NCBI GenBank assembly: GCA_002269645.1
Contig: NIVC01000366.1
Span: 558,001-622,000 of the forward strand
DNA length: 64,000 nt
Origin: Macrostomum lignano
Lineage: Eukaryota
Reading direction: 5' to 3'
This document shows, piece after piece, positions 35,129 to 47,400 of this stretch. A model generated the notes under the pieces. That model did not search any database, was not told the DNA's origin, and saw only the letters and a list, made by a program, of their open reading frames with translations. Position 1 is the first letter of the stretch. Every line of letters starts with the position of its first letter. Position numbers and translations under genes: made by a program.

Positions 35129-38100
35129 AGTCAGTCAGTCCGTCTTATTCGCGCCGCAATCCGCCACCCGCAGAGACCTGTCCTGGTGCAGTCACGGCGT
35201 GCTGCTCTGCGCCAACGAGCTCTGCCGCGCGCCCGGCGAATCCTCCGCAGCCGGGGCCTCCTGCCTCAGCAGCCACCCCTTGGCAACCGGACACTCGGTC
35301 AGTCTGGACGAAACCACACAGTCCGCCTGGCGACTGGCGCACAGCTGCCTGCGCGACGGCCTGGCCATGGCCCGGCTCGGCGGTCAAATCCGCGTCATTC
35401 AGCTGCCGCCAGCTCTGCTGCATCATTGCAGGCGCGGTCAGCGGCGCAACCCCATGCAGGCGGTGCACCGAGCCACTCCCACCCGGCCCTGGCTAGCGGC
35501 GTCGCTTATTCAACAAGCTTCGCCAGCCGCATCGGCCAAGGCTGCCAGTTGCCGACGCTGTTCAACTAGCGGCGCCCGGTGCTACACCTGCGTGAGAGCT
35601 ACTCACCGGCTCCTGCTGAGCCTGCCGCCTCTGTCTACTAACCGACAGGCGAAGCTGCCTCCTCTAGCCGAGCTGGAACAGCCTCAGCTGTACCCGATGC
35701 ACCTGGCCCAGTGCCTTGAATGGAGCCGGTCGCCTAGCCAGTCTAACTGGTTAGCTGTCGGTTTCAACTGCGGCCTGATCCGTTTAGCAAGAGTTGAACA
35801 TCTGGACGATGCGCCAGCTTATGGACCGCTGGTAGATGCCTACTATGAAATCAATACGGAGCTATTCGATAAGTGTCTAGCTGAGATAGTTGAACTGGCT
35901 CAGGCTAAGTCTAGCCCGGCCAAGACTAGTGTGGAGCGGCGCGGCAGGCCCCGTCGGAAGATTAAGCCAAATGAGAAGAAGCAGAAAAAGCCGCCACCAC
36001 CAAAGATGCCAACAACAACAACAACAACAACCGGGACGTCAAAACGTCGCGGTCGACCGCCGAAGCATCGACCACCTTCATCGCCGCCGATAATTAAAGA
36101 ACGACAACAACAACAACAACAACAAAATCCTACCGAAGCCAGCCAAGCTTCCTCTTCTTTAACCTTGATTGAAAACTCGGTTGGCAAAGCTAAGGGTAGA
36201 ATTTCTCAGTCTCTTTTGGCTCTGGCCAATATTCCAGCTCCTATGATCACTGTACTGTCTGCCTCCAGTTCGACTTCGATATCGGCAGCTCTAGCTAGCA
36301 GAGAATTGTCGCCGCCTTCAATTCGCGCAAATTCTAAATTGGCCGCTACGGAGACCACTGGTAAAACTTCCTCGTCGAATGTCGCTAAGTCGACAACGTC
36401 AACTAACTCGATTTTTAAACAATCGACATCGTCTAGCGTTGAAAAGTCGAAATCCAATGTCGGAACATTGACATCATCCTATTTCAAGAAGTCGGCACCG
36501 TCCTGTGTCGAGAAGTCGACACCGTCAAACGTCGAGAAGTCGACACCGTCAAATGTCGAGAAGTCGACACCGTCAAATGTCGAGAAGTCGACACCGTCAA
36601 ATGTCGAGAAGTCGACACCGTCAAATGTCGAGAAGTCGACACCGTCAAATGTCGAGAAGTCAACACCGTCAAATGTCGAGAAGTCGACACCGTCAAATGT
36701 CGAGAAGTCAACACCGTCAAATGTCGAGAAGTCGACACCGTCAAATGTCGAGAAGTCAACACCGTCAAATGTCGAGAAGTCGACATCGTCTAGTGTCAAG
36801 AAGTCGACATCGTCCAGTGTCGAAAAATCAACACCGTCTGATCTTGAAAAGCCGAAGACAAATGTCGAAACATCTACTTCTGTGGTCGGTAAATCGACAC
36901 CCTCACGTGTCGGCACTTCAACACTGTCTTCAAGTGTTGACAAGACCGTATCATATGTCGTTAGATTGTCGTCTCCCTCTGCATCAAGTTCGACATCTAC
37001 AACTTCCGCAAAGGTTATGTCCTCAGCGTCGCCCACGTTTGAAAGACAAGCGGCAACAAAGGTCAGTACGGTGGCTCCGTCAACTGTGTCAGCTTCCGTG
37101 TCCTCAAAAATTAGAGTGTCGATTGTCGATCTCTCGTCTAGTGTTGCCGCAGTGTCGCCCTCAACAATTTCAAAGGCGCCGGCAAAGTCGTCGACTGTCG
37201 TCGCTTTGTCGCCGTCAACAATTTCAAAGACGCCGATAGAATCGTCAAACGTTGATGCCTCATCAATTTCTTCCGCGTCGCAGCTGCCAACTGATGCCGA
37301 CAAATCGACTGTAGCGAAACAGTCTGAACGACAGGTAAACTCATTATCAGCTTGCTTTTATCAGATAGCTTATCCCTAGTGTCTGATCAATGACCATCCC
37401 TAGTGTCTGATCAATGACCATCCCTAGTGTCTTATCCATGACCATCCCTAGTGTCTGATCAATGACCATCCCTAGTGTCTTATCCATGACCATCCCTAGT
37501 GTCTTATCAATGACCATCCTTAATGTCTTATCAATGACCATCCCTAGTGTCTGATCAATGACCATCCCTAGTGTCTGATCAATGACCATCCCTAGTGTCT
37601 TATCAGTGACCATCCCTAGTGTCTGATCAATGACCATCCCTAGTGTCTGATCAATGACCATCCCTAGTGTCTGATCAATGACCATCCCTAGTGTCTTATC
37701 AATGACCATCCCTAGTGTCTTATCAATGACCATCCCTAGTGTCTTATCAATGACCATCCCTAGTGTCTGATCAGTGACCATCCTTAGTGTCTTATCAATG
37801 ACCATCCCTAGTGTCTGATCAGTGACCATCCCTAGTGTCTTATCAATGACCATCCCTAGTGTCTGATCAGTGACCATCCCTAGTGTCTTATCAATGACCA
37901 TCCCTAGTTTCTGATCAATGACCATCCTTAGTGTCTGATTAATGACCATCCCTAGTGTCTGATCAATGACCATCCCTAGTGTCTTATCAATGACCATCCC
38001 TAGTGTCTTATCAATGACCATCCCTAGTGTCTTATCAATGACCATCCCTAGTGTCTGATCAGTGACCATCCTTAGTGTCTTATCAATGACCATCCCTAGT

Positions 38101-39320
38101 GTCTGATCAGTGACCATCCCTAGTGTCTTATCAATGACCATCCCTAGTGTCTGATCAGTGACCATCCCTAGTGTCTTATCAATGACCATCCCTAGTTTCT
38201 GATCAATGACCATCCTTAGTGTCTGATTAATGACCATCCCTAGTGTCTGATCAATGACCATCCTTAGTGTCTGATCAATGACCATCCCTAGTGTCTGATC
38301 AATGACCATCCCTAGTGTCTTATCCATGACCATCCCTAGTGTCTTATCAATGACCATCCCTAGTGTCTGATCAGTGACCATCCCTAGTGTCTGATCAATG
38401 ACCATCCCTAGTGTCTGATCAGTGACCATCCCTAGTGTCTGATCAATGACCATCCCTAGTGTGTGATCAATGACCATCCCTAGTGTCTTATCAATGACCA
38501 TCCCTAGTGTGTGATCAATGACCATCCCTAGTGTCTTATCAATGACCATCCCTAGTGTCTGATCAATGACCATCCCTAGTGTCTGATCAATGACCATCCC
38601 TAGTGTCTGATCAATGACCATCCCTAGTGTCTGATCAATGACCATCTCTAGTGTCTGATCAGTGACCATCCCTACTGTCCGATCAATCAATGACTCAAAT
38701 GGCTCATCAATGGCTCAGATGACCACTCAATGACTCAATGGGCCTATCAATGACTCAAATGGCCTATCAATGACTCAAATAAATGACCACTCGATGACTC
38801 AAATGGTCTATCAATGACTCCAGTGACCAATAAATGACTCAAATTGCCTATTAATGACTTAAATGTCCCATCAATGACTTAAATGTTCCATCAATGACTT
38901 AAATGACCCTCTCCAAAATAAATGACTCATTACCAACCCCCCCCTCGCGATCAGGAGTCAACTCCTGCCGCCAGAAAACCCGGTCGAAAGCGCAAACAGC
39001 CGCAGAGCGCCGATGCCGAGGCAGACGCCGGCGCCGCCGCGAGCGCCAGAAAACGACGAGCGTCGAGAAAAATATCGACATCGACTGCATTTAGTCGCGT
39101 CGGCGGCAGCGGCGGCGTGTTCAAATACAGCGCCGAACAGATGGCCCAGATGCTCGACAGGATTCGACAATTCGAACAGAATCCGGAAAGTTTGTTTGTC
39201 GAGCTCGAGGGCGACTCTGCTGCTGGCTCGGGCACTGCAGCAGGAGTCGGAGGAGGAGCGACACCCTCCTCCAGGGCTCGCGGCCGAGGGCGGGGGCGAG
39301 GGCGAGGTCCCGGTAGCTGA
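31439..39320 (+). CDS. GTF3C2: General transcription factor IIIC subunit 2-like (TFIIIC beta, WD40); exons 31439..32353, 32789..33278, 33740..33952, 35174..37334, 38955..39320; about 1380 aa; 1-nt frameshift near 33042
   Basis: Acidic N-terminus, then [77 protein letters not shown] and CLEWS...[14 protein letters not shown], in the same order as recalled GTF3C2 motifs. All GT-AG introns are phase-compatible. Exon 4 carries AT-hook-like RRGRPR and RRGRPP motifs. Confidence 0.72.
32378..32765. repeat. 28/31-bp minisatellite in GTF3C2-like intron 1
   Basis: CCTCCCAGATCCTCAGTTGCTGGGCCAG units. Confidence 0.9.
33365..33690. repeat. 36-bp minisatellite in GTF3C2-like intron 2
   Basis: GTCTCATAGGGTGAGATTTCCTATTAGATTTATGCA units. 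Confidence 0.9.
33975..35140. repeat. (TGTC)n complex microsatellite in GTF3C2-like intron 3
   Basis: Visible; gives the CLSV pseudo-ORFs. Confidence 0.95.
36516..36779 (+). repeat. Coding 24-bp tandem repeat, 11 x STPSNVEK
   Basis: Lies inside the open exon 35174..37334, flanked by degenerate copies. Confidence 0.92.
37372..38905. repeat. 24-bp minisatellite (TCAATGACCATCCCTAGTGTCTGA), about 55 copies, plus a degenerate tail; intron 4
   Basis: Visible; gives the 447-aa MVIDQTLG pseudo-ORF. Confidence 0.95.
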
Positions 39321-39409
39321 AGGGTTGTCTCTCCGCTATTTTATGTCGCCGGATGTTCTCTTTTGATCTGCTTTACTGATTTTGTTCTTTCCTTCCGGTT
39401 ATGCCCTTC

Positions 39410-40080
39410 CTCTCATCCCTCTTCCCTTCTATTTTCCTCCTTTCCCCTCTCCTCTTTCCCCTCTCCCCTCTCCTCTCTCCCCTCTCCTCTCCTCTTTCCC
39501 CTCTCCCCTCTCCTCTCTTCCCTCTCCCCTCTCCCCTCTCCCCTCTCTCCTCTCCTCTTTCCCCTCTCCCCTCTCTCCTCTCCTCTTTCCCCTCTCCCCT
39601 CACCCCTCTCCTCTCTCTCCTCTCCCCTCTCCTCTCTTCCCTCTCCCCTCTCCTCTCTCCCCTCTCCCCTCTCCTTTCTCCTCTCTCCCCTCTCCCCTCT
39701 CCCCTCTCCTCTCCTCTTTCCCCTCTCCCCTCTCCCCTCTCCTCTCTCCCCTCTCCCCTCTCTCCTCTCCTCTTTCCCCTCTCCCCTCACCCCTCTCCTC
39801 TCTCTCCTCTCCCTCTCCTCTCTCCCTATCCCCTCTCCCTCTCCTCTCTCCCCTCTCCCCTCTCCTCTCTCCCCTCTCCTCTCTCTCTCCTCTCTCCCCT
39901 CTCCTTTCTCCTCTATCCTCTCTCCCTTCTCCCCTCTCCTCTCTCCTCTCTCCCCTCTGCTCCCTTCCCTCTCCTCTCTTCTCTATCCTCTATCCTCCCT
40001 CATCTCTCTCCTCTTCCTTCTCCTCTCTCCCTCTCCTCTTTTCTCTCCCCTCTCCTCTCTCTCCCCTCTCCTCTCTATCC
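39410..40080. repeat. CT-rich polypyrimidine low-complexity tract
   Basis: Visible ctctcccct units. Confidence 0.95.
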
Positions 40081-40574
40081 AATTTCCTTTCGCGCCTGTC
40101 AAACTGCTTCAAAAACTGCTTCCCAATGGCTAGGCACATTCACTTTCTCCTAATTCACCTGCACATATTCAGCCTTTAGTCCACTGTTTCTATGTAAAAA
40201 TAAAATTGCATATGCTACTACTTTCCATAGCAGTTGTACATACAACATATAGTGTCAGAAACCTATCAGCTTAAGCTAGAAAAGGCAAAAAATTGTTGTT
40301 TTTGTCACCTTTCGTTGAATTTCTAGTTTTAACGCCGCAGCTTATGGTAATTATGTATTATTAAAGTTACTGCGATATAGCATGGCAACACGCTTTACTA
40401 GTACTGATTGGCGCTAATGACTTTAGCCTGGCATTTCAAATACAGCTATGTAATAAAATATGTAAACATGAAAATTGGCACGCAAATTAATATTTGTTTG
40501 TTTAAAATGATTTGGTTTTCTAACCTTTTACCTGCGATATTTTGTGCTTTTTTGGGTTTTTAAAAAAGTATCAT

Positions 40575-40865
40575 TGTAGCTGCTTTTGCACAGCGCTGAG
40601 TCACATTCCCGCCCCGATTGGGCCAGATGTGCAACCGACAGCTCCGACCGCAGCTATTGCGCGGCGCATCTGAAGGCTGCGTACGCTGTTCAGTCCAAGG
40701 ACTGGGGGGGGGGGGGGGTCGCCACACACAGCCTCAATTACCCCAGCTAATGCTGGCACCCATGTTACAGCTGGGTGAACTCTAGCAATGCAAGTGTCTT
40801 GCTCAACAACACAAATTGTTCCGAGTGGGTCGGGAATCCCGGACCTTTCAGTAGGTAGTAGTATA
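40575..40865 (-). mobile_element. Probable SINE with a CORE-like central domain
   Basis: Minus strand: B-box-like GGGATTCCCGACC, then TTGAGCAAGACACTT...CACCCAGCTGTAACATGGGTGCCAGC, resembling CORE-type SINE bodies. No TSD confirmed. Confidence 0.45.
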
Positions 40866-41475
40866 TAATGTGTTTTTACCATACAGTATAAAAATACTTA
40901 CTATATTTGGCCAGTGCTTCCTGTCTCCACAGCCAACATTCTACTAGAAAAAGCCAGACCTCTTTTTTCCCAGCATGCGTAAAGGTGAGCTACGCCAGAG
41001 CGTACACTCACTCTAGCCCCACTTCCCTGTGGCAGGCAACTTGCAAGTCCCTCTCAACGCTCTGCCCTGTACAGCCCAGTTAAGGGTTAATTTTGGATAA
41101 AGTAACGATTTGAATAGAGCTGGCTCAACTATTATAACCAGCCTAGCTATGCATTGCTGTGGGAGGGGTGCTGTGCTGGTCTGGTCTGAGCACCGAGGCA
41201 TGGAGGGAAGAGCGGGTGAGGAAGTGAACACCCCAGCAAGAGTAGCTGTAGTTAGAGATAAAAGTCATCTGAACGGACAGGGGACACACGGGACAGTCTG
41301 ATTGGTTATAGCCAGGTAGGAATTGGAGTGTAACTATACTCAAAATATTTCTTCAAGTCCGATTTGCATATTTTTCTGCGCGCTTGCTTGTGGCAAAGGC
41401 TGTTACTACGAGTAAAAGGAGAGTCGCATTCTCTTAAATCATATCAGTAATTTACCGAGAATGGATCGCTAAACA

Positions 41476-44400
41476 ATGATTGACAGGGTAAGTTTTTATT
41501 ATACCAGAGGTCGTTTGATATTTGAGTACCCCCTTACAGGCTAATTATCAAGAGGAAATCCATCCCCCCCCCCTACAGACTATAATTATCAAGAGGAGAT
41601 CCATTCCCCCCCCCTACAGGCTATAATTATCAAGAGGAGATCCATTCCCCCCCCCCCCTACAGGCTATAATTATCAAGAGGAGGTCAATCCCCCCTACAG
41701 GCTATAATTATCAAGAGGAGGTATATCCCCTCCACCAGGCTATAATTATCAAGAGGAGGTCAATCCCCCCTACAGACTATAATTATCAAGGGGAGGTCAA
41801 TTCCCCCCTACAGGCTATAATTATCAAGAGGAGGTCAATCCCCCCTACAGACTATAATTATCAAGAGGAGGTATATCCCCTCCACCAGGCTATAATTATC
41901 AAGAGGAGGTCAATCCCCCCTACAGACTATAATTATCAAGGGGAGGTCAATTCCCCCCTACAGGCTATAATTATCAAGAGGAGGTCAATCCCCCCTACAG
42001 ACTATAATTATCAAGAGGAGGTCAATCCCCCCTACAGACTATAATTATCAAGAGGAGGTCAATTCCCCCTACAGACTATAATTATCAAGGGGAGGTCAAT
42101 TCCCCCCTACAGGCTATAATTATCAAGAGGAGGTCAATTCCCCCTACAGACTATAATTATCAAGGGGAGGTCAATTCCCCCCTACAGACTATAATTATCA
42201 AGAGGAGGTCAATCCCCCCTACAGACTATAATTATCAAGAGGAGGTCAATCCCCCCTACAGACTATAATTATCAAGAGGAGGTCAATTCCCCCTACAGAC
42301 TATAATTATCAAGGGGAGGTCAATTCCCCCCTACAGACTATAATTATCAAGAGGAGGTCAATCCCCCCTACAGACTATAATTATCAAGGGGAGGTCAATT
42401 CCCCCCTACAGGCTATAATTATCAAGAGGAGGTCAATTCCCCCTACAGACTATAATTATCAAGGGAGGTCAATTCCCCCTACAGACTATAATTATCAAGA
42501 GGAGGTCAATCCCCCCTACAGACTATAATTATCAAGAGGAGGTCAATCCCCCCTACAGACTATAATTATCAAGAGGAGGTATATCCCCTCCACCAGGCTA
42601 TAATTATCAAGAGGAGGTCAATTCCCCCTACAGACTATAATTATCAAGGGGAGGTCAATTCCCCCCTACAGGCTATAATTATCAAGAGGAGGTCAATTCC
42701 CCCTACAGACTATAATTATCAAGGGGAGGTCAATTCCCCCCTACAGGCTATAATTATCAAGAGGAGGTCAATTCCCCCTACAGACTATAATTATCAAGGG
42801 GAGGTCAATTCCCCCCTACAGACTATAATTATCAAGAGGAGGTCAATCCCCCCTACAGACTATAATTATCAAGAGGAGGTCAATCCCCCCTACAGACTAT
42901 AATTATCAAGAGGAGGTATATCCCCTCCACCAGGCTATAATTATCAAGAGGAGGTCAATCCCCCCTACAGACTATAATTATCAAGGGGAGGTCAATTCCC
43001 CCCTACAGGCTATAATTATCAAGAGGAGGTCAATTCCCCCCTACAGTCTAATTATCAAGAGGAGGTCAATGTCCCCCTACAGGCTATAATTATCATTAAT
43101 TAAACTCTATTAAAAACCCGTTGCCATGCAGATCCCAGCCTCAGCTACACTGAGCTTATCAGTCGTCAGTCAGCCGTCATTAACCGAGAAAACTTCTGCA
43201 AGTCTCCAATCGCCCAACGGTCGCTTGCAGCCTGTGGCGGTGCAGTTTGGCAACGCCAATGGCGAGGGCGAAGGCGAGAATGCCAGGCTAGTTCTCGAGC
43301 AGCCTGATGAGCAGGGCTGTTTCCAATTGCGATTAACGCAGTCGATTGACGATCGAGATGTACACGTAGCCGGCTCGCCGTTCTGTCTGCAAGTGAACGG
43401 CCACGGCGGTTGCGGACAGGGCAACGGCGACGGCGAGGGAGATGGGTTAAACGGATTCGGCGTCCATAGCAACGATGATCAGAAGCCTGGTGGCCAAGGT
43501 TGGTGAGGCCAACTTGATGAGAGGAGAGAGAGACAGGTAGAGGGGGGAGAGGGAGACAGGTAGAGGTGAGAGGGAGACAGGTAAAAGGGAGAGGGAGACA
43601 GGTGAAAGGGAGAGGGAGACAGGTGAAAGGGAGAGGGAGACAGGTAGAGGGAAGAGGGAGACAGGTAGAGGGGAGAGGGAGACAGGTAGAGGGGAGAGGG
43701 AGACAGGTAGAGAGTGGGAGGGAGACAGGTAGAGGGAAGAGGGAGACAGGTAGAGGTGAGAGGGAGACAGGTAAAAGGGAGAGGGAGACAGGTGAAAGGG
43801 AGAGGGAGACAGGTAGAGGGAAGAGGGAGACAGGTAGAGGGAAGAGGGTGATAGACAGAAGGGAGAGGGAGACAGGTAGAGGGGAGAGGGAGACAGGTAG
43901 AGGGGAGAGGGAGACAGGTAGACGGGGGAGAGGGAGACAGGTAGAGGGGAGAGGGAGACAGGTAGAGGGGGGAGAGGGAGACAGGTAGAGGGGAGAGGGA
44001 GACAGGTAGAGGGGAGAGGGAGACAGGTAGAGAGTGGGAGGGAGACAGGTAGAGGGAAGAGGGAGACAGGTAGAGGTGAGAGGGAGACAGGTAAAAGGGA
44101 GAGGGAGACAGGTAGAGGGAAGAGGGAGACAGGTAGAGGGAAGAGGGTGATAGACAGAAGGGAGAGGGAGACAGGTAGAGGGGAGAGGGAGACAGGTAGA
44201 GGGGAGAGGGAGACAGGTAGAGGGGAGAGGGAGACAGGTAGAGGGGAGAGGGAGACAGGTAGAGGGGAGAGGGAGACGGGTAGAGGGGAGAGGGAGACAG
44301 GTAGAGGGAAGAGGGATACAGGTAGAAGGGAGAGGGAGACGGGTAGAGAGGAGAGGGAGACAGGTAGAGGGAGAGGGAGGCAGGCAGAGGGAGAGGGAGG

Positions 44401-47400
44401 CAGGTAGAGAGAGAGAGAGGGAGAGAGAGAGCAAGAAGCGGGGAGTTGGAGTCCACGATTTTAGGTTTCATATTTTATTCTGTTTGAGTAGTAAATTTTG
44501 AAAAGACTGTTAGAATTGGAAATGCAGGTATAAATTCGAGTCTGCAATGGTATTTAATTTAGTTACACGCCTCCCTTCCGTCACAATTGAATGCCTGTCC
44601 GTGAACAGGGAAGCCTCCCATTGGCTCTATAGTGGTCAACAATGGCGCACTGGAAAATCTTTTTGCCCTGCTTGCGCTGGAGATTCGAGTGAAAAAGCGT
44701 AAGATAAAAATTCAAGCCAAGCTGGTTGAATTTGCGATTGCCATGATTTGATGATAATTGGTTTTCGGAATTACCTGTTATTTACTATAAAAACTGATTC
44801 TTAAAAGCAATATAAATCTTGTTACTATCAACCTGTTTATGGATTGTCTCTAATTGGAATATTTGCGTGTATGGAATCTCAATATTGCGAAGTAACTGTC
44901 TATCCGTAAGTACTGCTGTTGCACCGTCCTTTTAGCTGACTTCTAATGCGGCTGCCTTTTGCTATCCTTATGCTTATAAAGACTGTGAACCAATCATTTG
45001 TGAGCTGTCCCTATCCAGTAACTGTTCATTGTCCCTATTTTAATAGTGTCCATTATCTCTATCCAGAGAGTGTCCACTGTCTCTATCCCAATAGTGTCCA
45101 CTATCCCTATTCCAAGAGTGTCCGCTTTCTCTATCCGAAGTGTCCACTATATCTATCCAGAAAGTGTCCACTATCCCTATCCCAATAGTGTCCACTATCC
45201 CTATTCCAAGAGTGTCCGCTTTCTCTATCCGAAGTGTCCACTATATCTATCCAGAAAGTGTCCAATATCTCTATCCCAAGAGTGTCCACTATCCCTATTC
45301 CAAGAGTGTCCGCTATCTCTATCCGAAGTGTCCACTATATCTATCCAGAGAGTGTCCACTATCTACATCCAAAGAGTGTTCACTATCCCTATCCCAATAG
45401 TGTCCACTATCCCTATCCCATAAGTGTCCGCTGTCCCTATCCCGTAACTGTTCATTGTCCCTATTTTAATAGTGTCCACTATCTCTAGACTCTATCCAAA
45501 GAGTGTCCACTATCCCTATCCCAATAGTGTCCACTGTCTCTATTCCAAGAGTGTCCACTTTCTCTATCCGAAGTGTCCACTATATCTATCCAGAAAGTGT
45601 CCACTATCCCTATCCCAATAGTGTCCACTATCCCTATTCCAAGAGTGTCCGCTTTCTCTATCCGAAGTGTCCACTATATCTATCCAGAAAGTGTCCAATA
45701 TCTCTATCCCAAGAGTGTCCACTATCCCTATTCCAAGAGTGTCCGCTATCTCTATCCGAAGTGTCCACTATATCTATCCAGAGAGTGTCCACTATCTACA
45801 TCCAAAGAGTGTTCACTATCCCTATCCCAATAGTGTCCACTATCCCTATTCCAAGAGTGTCCGCTTTCTCTATCCGAAGTGTCCTCTATATCTATCCAGA
45901 AAGTGTCCAATATCTCTATCCCAAGAGTGTCCACTATCCCTATTCCAAGAGTGTCCGCTATCTCTATCCGAAGTGTCCACTATATCTATCCAGAGAGTGT
46001 CCACTATCTACATCCCAAGTGTTCACTATCCCTATCCCAAGTGTCCACTATCCCTACTTCTTTTGTCTATTGCCACTATACAATTGATGCTCTAAAGAAC
46101 CCGGCCTATTAAATAGCATGCATTTTAGCATCAAATCCCAACACATTGCTGCAGCCAAACTAATTACCAATTTTTTACCTGACGCAGGTTTGACCTTAAC
46201 CGTAGGCAGCCAAGTTTGGTCGTCAGAGTCAGGAACTGATAGAAGAGAGAGTCAGCAGGATCAGAAGCTTGACCAAGTGCCCCTAGCACCCGGAGATTAC
46301 ACGTTGTTAATAAAACTGTCCCATAGCAACGGTGTCAGGAATTGCAATTATTCAACAGCAATTACGGAGAAATCGAACTCGATGCGGTTCAAGCTGATCA
46401 GCTTAGCTGGCGGAGTCAAGCAGGTGGCAATTCTGGGACGAGGGAAGCGTCTGCGACTTCCCGTGTGGCTGGGTGCTGACCTGGATGTTGATGAGGGAGG
46501 TGAGCGCACGGCCAGGGGTTGCTCTGCTAATTTAATTGTTGAGATTGACTTTAATCTCATGATTGATCCTAGAATTGATACTTAGTATCGATTTCCCATT
46601 TGATAAAATGTCAGATCCCATACTTGATCCCATATCTGATCGCATATCTGATCCCATATCTGATCCCATATCTGATCTCATATCTGATCTCATATCTGAT
46701 CCCATACTTGATCCCATATCTGATCCCATACCTGATCCCATATCTGATCTCATATCTGATCCCATATCTGATCCCATACTTGATCCCATATCTGATCCCA
46801 TATCTGATCCCATATCTGATCCCATACCTGATATCATATCTGATCTCATACCTAATCCCGTAACTGATCCCATATCTGATCCCATATCTGACCCCATACC
46901 TGATCCCATATCTGACCCCATACCTGATCCCATATCTGATCCCATATCTGATCCCATATCTGACCCCATACCTGATCCCATATCTGATCCCATATCTGAC
47001 CCCATACCTGATCCCATATCTGACCCCATATCTGATCCCACATCTGATCCCATATCTCCTGACCTGAACTCTGTAGGATCAAATATGGGATCTCCATGGG
47101 ATCTCTATGGGATCAAATATGGGATCTCCATGGGATCTCTATGGGATCAAATATGGGATCTCCATGGGATCTCTATGGGATCAAATATGGGATCTCCATG
47201 GGATCTCTATGGGATCAAATATGGGATCTCCATGGGATCTCTATGGGATCAAATATGGGATCTCCATGGGATCTCTATGGGATCAAATATGGGATCGAAT
47301 ATGGAATCAAATATGTGATCTTTATAAGATCAAATATAGGATCTCTATCGGATCGCTCCCAAAAGTTTGATCCCACAGAAATCCCCAAATCCCAAATCCA

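Noticed and set aside
33683-35569. 628-aa and 402-aa Cys/Leu/Ser/Val-rich ORFs
   Set aside because: They arise from the stop-free (TGTC)n microsatellite within a GT-AG intron.
37347-38690. 447-aa ORF of MVIDQTLG repeats
   Set aside because: It is the antisense translation of a 24-bp intronic satellite; no unique sequence.
41005-41330. TA-flanked CACTC...GAGTG MITE
   Set aside because: Only a 5-bp inverted match, which is expected by chance.
43166-44471. Pro/Leu/Ser-rich 422-aa and 330-aa ORFs
   Set aside because: They are translations of a 21-bp purine satellite antisense to the filamin intron.
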